50,697 nt of DNA from Oscillospiraceae bacterium (GTDB lineage Bacteria; Bacillota; Clostridia; Oscillospirales; Ruminococcaceae): contig JAAVIE010000027.1 in the NCBI GenBank assembly GCA_014799325.1, forward strand, positions 1 through 50,697, written 5' to 3'. Of the stretch, positions 9,974 to 17,254 are shown in pieces. A program made the position numbers and the translations under genes. The notes beneath the pieces were generated by a model. The model made no database searches, was not told where the DNA came from, and saw nothing but the letters and a program-made list of their open reading frames with translations. Every line of letters begins with the position of its first letter. Position 1 is the first letter of the stretch.

Positions 9974-10907
9974 CAGAACCTCCTATAACATCAACATTGT
10001 CCGAAGCCTTTGCCCGCCGTCCTCCGTGAACGATCATATAAACCGCCATTCCGAGAATGAACGCGCAAAACACCCCTCCGCTCACCGCCAGCATGGTCTG
10101 CCGGAACACCATGTCATCACCGCTGCCGAATTGGTTCAGCATAGCAGTTTCAAGCGCCAGCATAGAAACCAGCGCCGCAGTAAGATTGACCGCCTTAGCC
10201 GCCGATAAAACAGGACTTGCCTGCTTCCGAAATTTCACAATATTCACAGCCGCGCTGATAACGGAATAAAAAGCATACATCGCCATAACATAGATCAGCA
10301 CCCCCGGATAATCATACCCGCCCTCGCGCCGAATGATAAACAAAATAATACCCGACAGCGCCAGGGTCATAAACACCAGCAGCGCCCCGCACAGCCGATA
10401 ACGCCTATACTCGGCGGCAAGATCCTTTACACCTCTCTTTTTAAGAGTATGAGTAAGCAAAAGCAGCCTCATTGCAGCCAGCAAAATATAATACACCGAC
10501 AGGGAAATAAACCAAACAGAGCCGTACACTATGCCCGAAAACATTTTCAGCCCCGCATAAAGTATGTTTACAGCAAAGCCCGTATACAGTGAGATCTCAG
10601 CCCGAAAGATCTTATCTGTAAGATACCGCCCGCCCAAAGGGTGAGCCAGCACCTTTCTCACAAGGGCAAAACCGTTAACACCCTTACGCACAGCTCTGAC
10701 AATACGGGTAAAGCCCGTAACGGTTATGACTAAGGCGTAAGCGGACAGGATATAAGCAATATAAGAAACCGCGCCCTCAATTTTCATAGAGAGAACATAA
10801 ATACAAAAAGCAAAAGAGGGCAGAGCGATCAGCACCACAGCAAGGGGCGGAAGAAAAAATATCTTTTTTAAAATCTGCTTAAATTTTTCCACAATAGCTC
10901 TCTCCAA
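9951..10907 (-). CDS. Conserved multi-pass membrane protein
   Basis: About 8 TM helices; within the TCS operon. Confidence 0.8.
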   Translation of the reverse strand: MERAIVEKFKQILKKIFFLPPLAVVLIALPSFAFCIYVLSMKIEGAVSYIAYILSAYALVITVTGFTRIVRAVRKGVNGFALVRKVLAHPLGGRYLTDKIFRAEISLYTGFAVNILYAGLKMFSGIVYGSVWFISLSVYYILLAAMRLLLLTHTLKKRGVKDLAAEYRRYRLCGALLVFMTLALSGIILFIIRREGGYDYPGVLIYVMAMYAFYSVISAAVNIVKFRKQASPVLSAAKAVNLTAALVSMLALETAMLNQFGSGDDMVFRQTMLAVSGGVFCAFILGMAVYMIVHGGRRAKASDNVDVIGGSDGEEGKL

Positions 10908-10963
10908 ATCAAAAAGAAATTTTTCTCAAATCTCTGCAAGCCGTTTTCACCCGATCTAAAAAA

Positions 10964-12079
10964 TCACTTTCTCCCGATCCTAACAGTAAACACGCTGCCC
11001 TTGCCAAGCTCGCTTTCAACGGAGATCTCGCCCTTGACTATATCAATGACCCTCTTCACAAGAGCCAGCCCCAAACCGTTCCCCTTAACGGAATGAGAGG
11101 TGTCTCCCTGATAAAACTTCTCAAAAATATGCTCCCCTGTCTCCCTGCTGATGCCGCAGCCTGTATCAAAAACTCTGACCACCGCAAGGTCGCCCTCGGC
11201 TTTCACCGAAAGCCCCACAGTACCGCCCTTTTCAGTGAACTTAAAGGCATTGGAAAAGAGATTGTTCCACACAAGGGAAAGCATCTCCCTGTCGGCGTAA
11301 ACCATAACGCCGTCCTCAATATCCGTTTCGATCTCCAACGCTTTCCGTTCCCATACCTCCTCGTAAGCAAGGAGACATTCGCAAAGCTGTTCTCCCAGAT
11401 CAAATTCCTCCGCAGCGGGGCAGATCTCCTGATTTTCCAGCTTATTGAGCTTCAGAATATTTGTGATAAGCTCGGACAGCCGCCGTGAAGCGTCAGTCAC
11501 TGCCTTGGCATACTCGATCCTCTTTTCGTCGGAAAGCTCCGGCTGCTGCAAAATAGTGCCATAGTTGTTTATAACAGCCAAAGGTGTTTTCAGCTCATGG
11601 GAAACATTGGCGATAAAATCAGTGCGCAGCGTTTCTATCCCCGACAATTCCTCTGCCGCTTTATTGAAATAGGAAATAATTTCATTGAACCCCGTCTCGG
11701 CAGGCTGCCCCTTCAACGGCTCAATGCGGACGGAAAGATCCCCCCGCATCAGCTTTTCGGCAGCGCTTGTGATCCGCTTAACAGGTCTATTCACCATAAA
11801 CTGTCTTCTTATACCGTCGATAACGGTACAGATCAGGCTCAGTAAGATCACATTCAGAAAGGTAGCCTTGGCAGCCAGCTCAATTTCCTCTTTGGTAAGC
11901 TCCTCGCCCCTGACGCCGCTCACGATCTCAAGAAACAGCAGCATGCAGCAGGTAACAACAAAGGACATCAACAGAAAAAACACCGCATACCGCCAAAGGG
12001 AAGAAAAGGCTCTCTTAAATCTGCTTTCCTTGTCTGTGCTTTCTCGGCTATCCCGATCATTTTGCTTATCTCGGATCAT
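10964..12079 (-). CDS. Sensor histidine kinase (HAMP-HisKA-HATPase)
   Basis: FIANVSHELKTPL, NLFSNAFKFT, DTGCG, GNGLGL. Confidence 0.95.
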   Translation of the reverse strand: MIRDKQNDRDSRESTDKESRFKRAFSSLWRYAVFFLLMSFVVTCCMLLFLEIVSGVRGEELTKEEIELAAKATFLNVILLSLICTVIDGIRRQFMVNRPVKRITSAAEKLMRGDLSVRIEPLKGQPAETGFNEIISYFNKAAEELSGIETLRTDFIANVSHELKTPLAVINNYGTILQQPELSDEKRIEYAKAVTDASRRLSELITNILKLNKLENQEICPAAEEFDLGEQLCECLLAYEEVWERKALEIETDIEDGVMVYADREMLSLVWNNLFSNAFKFTEKGGTVGLSVKAEGDLAVVRVFDTGCGISRETGEHIFEKFYQGDTSHSVKGNGLGLALVKRVIDIVKGEISVESELGKGSVFTVRIGRK

Positions 12080-12747
12080 TTCAACACCGCCTTATACCCC
12101 AAGCCATGAACAGTCACTATCTCAAACTCCCCGCACTCCGAAAACTTGTTTCTGAGCTTTGTCATATACACATCGACAGTGCGCAGTCCCGAAGAATCGC
12201 CCTCCCAGAATTCGTCCATAAGCTGAGAACGGGTAAAGGTCTTTTTGGGATAAGAAAGCAGCTTATATATAAGGTTAAATTCTCTGACGGTAAGAGAAAT
12301 TTCCTCACCGCCCAAATAAGCGGTATGCTCCGAAGCGTCCAGAACAAGACTTCCGATCTCGATCTTCTTATCGGCGGCAATGCCTGCCCGGCGAAGGACA
12401 GCCCCCACACGGAGCAGCAGCTCTTCAAGGTCCACAGGCTTCACCATATAATCGTCAATGCCGATCTTAAAGCCTTTCTGCTTGGCTGCAATATCATCTC
12501 TGGCTGTCATAAAGAGAATGGGAATATCGGGGTTTGACTCCCTCACGTTTTTTGCAAATTCAAAGCCGTCAATACCCGGCATCATAATATCCGAAATTAT
12601 CATATCGAAAATAGTTCCGCCGTACATAAAGTCATAAGCTTCATTAACATCGGTACAGCCCTTGGCTTCATATCCGTTCTGATCCAAAAAGGAGCAAACG
12701 GCATGATTCAATTCCTTGTCGTCCTCGACCACCAAAATTCTGAACAT
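12076..12747 (-). CDS. OmpR/PhoB family response regulator
   Basis: VVEDD, DIMMPGIDG, DDYMVKP, winged helix TVDVYMTKLR...TVHGLGY. Confidence 0.95.
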   Translation of the reverse strand: MFRILVVEDDKELNHAVCSFLDQNGYEAKGCTDVNEAYDFMYGGTIFDMIISDIMMPGIDGFEFAKNVRESNPDIPILFMTARDDIAAKQKGFKIGIDDYMVKPVDLEELLLRVGAVLRRAGIAADKKIEIGSLVLDASEHTAYLGGEEISLTVREFNLIYKLLSYPKKTFTRSQLMDEFWEGDSSGLRTVDVYMTKLRNKFSECGEFEIVTVHGLGYKAVLK

Positions 12748-12802
12748 AGATTTAACCGACCTTTTTTATATTTTAAAGCCGACCTTGCCGCAGAACTTGA
12801 TA

Positions 12803-13177
12803 TCAGTCCTTAATACCTCTGCAAAGAGGGATAAGGCAAAGCAGCGCGATAATTCCCGCAATACCCACAGCGATCCCGGGTATCATCAGATCCCATACCA
12901 TAACCATGCACATTCCAACGCCAAGAATCAATGCGCCTGCAACGCTGAGAGCAATAGTTCCGACAGTCTTTCCGCTGAGCTTGACAATAATACGCTTGCC
13001 GCTCATCTTAACACGGACGATAGCCATTATCAACAAAATAACGGCTCCGACAGCCCCTGCGATAATGCCTTGTGAAAAAGCGTTCCATTCAGGCAAAAGG
13101 CACATGCACATTCCAAGAGCAAAGATAAGACCGCCAACGGTTGAAAGGATAAGTGTAACAAAATTTTTCTTTTTCAT
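12803..13177 (-). CDS. Small four-TM membrane protein (two GMC repeats)
   Basis: Start MKKKNF after GGAGG RBS; LGMCMC and VGMCMV repeats. Confidence 0.8.
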   Translation of the reverse strand: MKKKNFVTLILSTVGGLIFALGMCMCLLPEWNAFSQGIIAGAVGAVILLIMAIVRVKMSGKRIIVKLSGKTVGTIALSVAGALILGVGMCMVMVWDLMIPGIAVGIAGIIALLCLIPLCRGIKD

Positions 13178-13224
13178 TTCGATAACCTCCATAAATGTTT
13201 GAATGTTTGTTCTTCTGTGACTAT

Positions 13225-13280
13225 ATTCTACAGAAACCATGTTTTTGAAATGTTTAGGAAATGTTAAAGAAATGTTAAAA
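13225..13280 (-). promoter_or_regulatory. Response-regulator-activated promoter: four ATGTT direct repeats at 11-bp period plus -10 TAGAAT
   Basis: ATGTT at 13239, 13250, 13261 and 13272; attcta at 13225-13230. Confidence 0.7.
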
Positions 13281-13303
13281 AGAAAATTTTTCTAATATTA
13301 TTA

Positions 13304-13484
13304 TACTAATAACCATTTGATTTGTGGATATAATCAACAAATCAAATCCTTCGGTGAAGCCGAAGCTGCGCCGCCAGGCGCAGGTTATGTGCGTTCAATA
13401 CCCGAGGAAGCTATGTTCCCTCGCCCTGCCGCGTGCGGCAAGGCATAAAAAAGCAGTTTATCTGCTTTTTAATGGCTATTAGTA
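13304..13484. mobile_element. MITE-like element with 14-bp terminal inverted repeats and multiple internal hairpins
   Basis: TACTAATAACCATT (13304-13317) versus AATGGCTATTAGTA (13471-13484), 1 mismatch. Confidence 0.7.
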
Positions 13485-13535
13485 TTATATTGTATTTTCT
13501 ATACCAATGTCAAGCAGAAAATCAAAACTTCCCCA

Positions 13536-13555
13536 CAGTTACAAAAAAGTAACTG
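13536..13555. promoter_or_regulatory. Palindromic operator CAGTTAC-A6-GTAACTG upstream of the macrodomain operon
   Basis: Perfect 7-6-7 inverted repeat. Confidence 0.55.
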
Positions 13556-13620
13556 CTTTACAGCCAAAACCAAATATGCTACAATATTATAAAGAGAAAA
13601 GCCGAAAGGTGGGCTGCCAA

Positions 13621-14394
13621 ATGACCCAAGCAGAAAAACGCATTTTCCTGATAAAAGAACTTTTAAAAGAAAGCCCCGAATACAAAGACATAAAGCTCCC
13701 CAAAAACGAACAGGAGCAGAAAACCCTCCTCCGCTCCCTCTTCAACGTCCGAATGCCCAAGCAAACGACCCCCGAATTTTTAAAAATACAAGACGGATAT
13801 CTGCAAGAGGAAACCGCCAAAAAAGGCATTACCGATATAAAAGACCTGACCCCCATACAAGAAAACCTCTGCTTATGGCAAGGCGACATCACCACCCTGA
13901 AATGCGACGCCATAGTCAACGCAGCCAACAGCCAAATGTTAGGCTGCTTCTGCCCCTGTCACGGCTGTATCGACAACGCCATTCACACCTACTCGGGAGT
14001 ACAGCTCCGAGTGGAATGCTATGATCTGATGAAAGCCCAAGGCCGTGAAGAGGAAACAGGCAAAGCCAAGCTCACCAAAGCATACAACCTTCCCTGCAAA
14101 TACGTCCTCCACACGGTAGGACCTATTGTCCGCGGCGCCCTCACCGCCGCACACAAAGAACAGCTTTCCTCCTGCTACCGCTCCTGCCTGGAGCTGGCAG
14201 AGAAAAACGATATAAAAAGCATAGCCTTCTGCTGCATCTCCACGGGAGAATTCCGCTTCCCCAATGACAAAGCCGCCGAGATCGCAATAAACACAGTCAC
14301 AGACTACAAAACCCAAACCAACAGCAATATAGAGGTGATATTCAATGTTTTCAAACAAACAGACCTGGAGATCTACAAAAACCTACTCCGATAA
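13621..14394 (+). CDS. Zn-binding macrodomain protein-ADP-ribose hydrolase
   Basis: WQGDIT, IVNAAN, CFCPCHGCIDNAIH (Zn loop), HTVGP, CCISTGEFRFP; start MTQAEK preferred over 13507. Confidence 0.92.
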   Translation: MTQAEKRIFLIKELLKESPEYKDIKLPKNEQEQKTLLRSLFNVRMPKQTTPEFLKIQDGYLQEETAKKGITDIKDLTPIQENLCLWQGDITTLKCDAIVNAANSQMLGCFCPCHGCIDNAIHTYSGVQLRVECYDLMKAQGREEETGKAKLTKAYNLPCKYVLHTVGPIVRGALTAAHKEQLSSCYRSCLELAEKNDIKSIAFCCISTGEFRFPNDKAAEIAINTVTDYKTQTNSNIEVIFNVFKQTDLEIYKNLLR

Positions 14395-15235
14395 TATAAA
14401 AAAGTTGGCTGAGGAGCTGAAAACCGCCGACGCCGTCCTCATAGGCGCAGGGGCAGGACTTTCAGCCTCCGCGGGCTTTCTCTACAACGGAGAACGCTTT
14501 GAAAAGCATTTCTCCGACTTCCGCAAAAAATACAAGATCACCGATATGTATTCGGGGGGCTTTTACCCCTTTGATACTTTGGAGGAATTTTGGGCGTGGT
14601 GGTCGCGCCAGATCTTCGTGAACCGCTATGATGTTCTGGTTGGCAAGCCTTATGCCGATCTTTTAAAATTAGTTAAGGACAAAGACTACTTCGTACTCAC
14701 CACCAACGTAGACCACCAATTCCAGCTTGCAGGCTTTGATAAAAAACGCCTCTTTTACACCCAGGGTGACTACGGCTTGTGGCAATGCTCAAGAGCCTGT
14801 CACCAAAGCACCTACGACAATGAAGATACTGTCCGCAAAATGGTAAAAGAGCAGCAGGACATGAAGATCCCCGCAGAGCTTATCCCCAAATGCCCCAAAT
14901 GCGGCGCCCCAATGACAATGAATCTGCGCTGTGACGACAGCTTTGTACAAGACGAGGGCTGGTACGCAGCCGCCGACCGCTACGAGAATTTCCTCCGCAG
15001 CCGTGAAAACTGTCATATTCTTTTTTTGGAGCTGGGAGTAGGCATGAACACACCCGTTATCATCAAATATCCTTTCCTGAAAATGACCACAGACAATCCC
15101 AAATCGGTATATTCCTGCATAAATTTCGGAGAAGCCTTTTGTCCTCCCGAAATAAAAAACCGTTCCATATGCCTTGACGAGGATATTGGGAAGGTGTTTG
15201 AGGATCTGCTTGCCGAAAATAATTACAAAGAATAA
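14345..15235 (+). CDS. Class M sirtuin (SirTM-like, Sir2 family mono-ADP-ribosyltransferase)
   Basis: IGAGAGLSAS, TTNVDHQF, YTQGDY (Gln at the canonical His position), CxxxC/CPKC Zn ligands, LELGVG; overlaps the macrodomain gene. Confidence 0.9.
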   Translation: MFSNKQTWRSTKTYSDNIKKLAEELKTADAVLIGAGAGLSASAGFLYNGERFEKHFSDFRKKYKITDMYSGGFYPFDTLEEFWAWWSRQIFVNRYDVLVGKPYADLLKLVKDKDYFVLTTNVDHQFQLAGFDKKRLFYTQGDYGLWQCSRACHQSTYDNEDTVRKMVKEQQDMKIPAELIPKCPKCGAPMTMNLRCDDSFVQDEGWYAAADRYENFLRSRENCHILFLELGVGMNTPVIIKYPFLKMTTDNPKSVYSCINFGEAFCPPEIKNRSICLDEDIGKVFEDLLAENNYKE

Positions 15236-15330
15236 TAAATCAATATCAAGATACTCCAAAAACCAATAATATTGAACAAACTGCCATTACATCTCCCCAA
15301 AACTTCTATAATATCAAGATGCGCAGCTTA

Positions 15331-15707
15331 TACTAATACCAAGTTTGACAGTAGATAAATCTGCTGTCCGACCTATCGAAAAAGTCCAAACTTTTCTTTT
15401 TCGGAATGAAAGGGGTCTTAGGGGGAACTATCAGGGTTTCCTTATATCATATCGCTTTGGGCAGCCGCATCCTTGCGGCTGCTTTGGAGCGACATGTCAC
15501 ACATCCTTGTGTGAAGTGTCGCTCTGGGCAGCCGCGTCCTTGCGGCTGCTTTGGGCGACACCTCACACACCCTTGTGTGACCCTAAATTAAGATCAGAAG
15601 CCTATGATTTTCAGCAAAGCTGAAAATCTAAAAATCGAGGCAGAGCAAGGCTCTGCCCGATTTTTGTTTTTGACGGCAAAGCCGTCAAAAACGGCGTCAG
15701 CTTGTAG
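15331..15707. repeat. Long member of the modular hairpin family, containing a 2x ~67-bp tandem repeat
   Basis: Starts TACTAATACC...TTTGACAGTAGATAAA; tandem units 15452-15518 and 15519-15580; ends CGGCAAAGCCG...TCAGCTTGTAG. Confidence 0.75.
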
Positions 15708-15925
15708 AAAAGCCGACCATTTGCATTGAAGAGCTGTCAGCCCCGAACAACCGCCGCGAAATTCTCATTTGAAATATTTTTATCTTATTGAAAAAAGATT
15801 GCAAATATTGTATAATAATAGTATCAATTTTGACATTTTTTGCAAAAAACAACGCTGCCCGATCCAAAACGATCCAAAAAATGATCAAAAAAATCCCGGA
15901 CGGCAGCAGAAAGACGGTAGCCGAA

Positions 15926-17254
15926 ATGAAATTTATTCATTTATCAGATCTTCACCTGGGGAAAAAGATCAAACAATATTCCATGTTGGAGGATCAGGAG
16001 TATATCCTTAAACAGATCCTCAAAATAATTGATGACGAAAAACCCGACGCCATTATAATAGCAGGGGATATTTACGACAAATCCGTTCCTCCTGCGGAAG
16101 CGGTACAGCTTTTTGACGATTTTATTTTCCAATTGGCGAAGAAAAAGCTGAACGTATTCGCTATCGCAGGCAACCACGATTCTCCCGAAAGACTGTCCTT
16201 CGGCTCGCGCATTATGGACACCAGCGGAATACATTTCTCAAAGACCTATAACGGCAAGGTTGAGGCTATATCCTTGGAGGACGATTTGAAAGACGATTCG
16301 GATGACGATAAAAAGTTTGTGGATATCTTTATGCTGCCCTTTGTAAATCCGGCAATCGTTCGCCGCTTCTACCTTCAGGAAGAAGCCCCGGAAGAAACCG
16401 AAAAAGAAAACGAAAAAGAAAACGAATCAGAAAACGCAGCAGAAACCGAAGTAAAAACCGAACCGGAAACCGAAAAAACAGAGGCGGAAAAGAAGATCAA
16501 AACATATACCGACGCGGTAATATACGCCATTTCAAAAATGAAAACAAATCCAAAAAGGCGAAACATTCTTGTAGCGCATCAGAATCTCCAGTCCGCAGTC
16601 CACTGTGACTCTGAAAATATTTCCGCCAGTCACATCAATTCTGAGGATAATACGGTGGAATACGAGGACGCAGTAGATATTGAGCGTTTTAAGGAAATTC
16701 TTGATGAAAAGGGATTTGATTATGTGGCTCTCGGTCATCTTCATACCTCGCAGAACTTCCGGTCGGATAAGATCAGGTATTCGGGTACTCCTCTGAAATA
16801 TTCCTTGTCCGAAGTAAATAAAGGTCAAAAATCTGTCACAGTGGTAGATATTCCGGTGAAAGGCAAATTATTAGTCCGCACCGTGCCTCTTGTTCCCAAG
16901 TACGATATGGTAGAGATAAAGGGCACATTTGCGCAAATTACCTCAAAGTCATTTTATGAGAAAGAAAACTTGTGGGAAAAATATGTATATATCACCCTGA
17001 CGGACGATGACATGATCCTTGACGCCATGGGCAAGCTGCGCCCCATATACCCCAGGATAATGGAGCTGCCGAAATACGAAAATACACGCACCAATTCAAA
17101 CGCTGTAATAAGCGAAGCTCCCGACCTTGACCGCAAGACCCCTTTTGACATTTTTTCATGCTTTTTTACTGAACAGAACGGTTATGACATGAGCGATGAG
17201 CAGGCGGATTATATGAAAAATCTGATAAAAGAGATCTGGGAGGAGGAAAAGTAA
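15926..17254 (+). CDS. sbcD: Exonuclease SbcCD subunit D
   Basis: Metallophosphoesterase motifs SDLHLG, AGDIYD, AGNHD, AHQ, LGHLH, YSGTPLKYS; start MKFIHLSD. Confidence 0.93.
   Translation: MKFIHLSDLHLGKKIKQYSMLEDQEYILKQILKIIDDEKPDAIIIAGDIYDKSVPPAEAVQLFDDFIFQLAKKKLNVFAIAGNHDSPERLSFGSRIMDTSGIHFSKTYNGKVEAISLEDDLKDDSDDDKKFVDIFMLPFVNPAIVRRFYLQEEAPEETEKENEKENESENAAETEVKTEPETEKTEAEKKIKTYTDAVIYAISKMKTNPKRRNILVAHQNLQSAVHCDSENISASHINSEDNTVEYEDAVDIERFKEILDEKGFDYVALGHLHTSQNFRSDKIRYSGTPLKYSLSEVNKGQKSVTVVDIPVKGKLLVRTVPLVPKYDMVEIKGTFAQITSKSFYEKENLWEKYVYITLTDDDMILDAMGKLRPIYPRIMELPKYENTRTNSNAVISEAPDLDRKTPFDIFSCFFTEQNGYDMSDEQADYMKNLIKEIWEEEK

Noticed and set aside
13484-13513. Minus-strand TTGACA-18-TATAAT promoter as evidence of a structured sRNA
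   Set aside because: It points into a TIR-bounded repeat whose first hairpin is terminator-like; it cannot be distinguished from a relic divergent promoter without expression data.
14345-15235. Sir2 as a Thoeris/DSR-type NADase defence effector
   Set aside because: The Zn ligands, TQGDY motif and coupling to a Zn-macrodomain fit class M sirtuins; there is no TIR, HerA or pAgo partner.
15452-15580. Possible CRISPR array
   Set aside because: Only two units, the intervening sequences are themselves repeated, and there are no cas genes.
15788-15925. Longer N-terminus for sbcD from the ORF track
   Set aside because: Family similarity starts at MKFIHLSD (15926); the upstream region is promoter-like.
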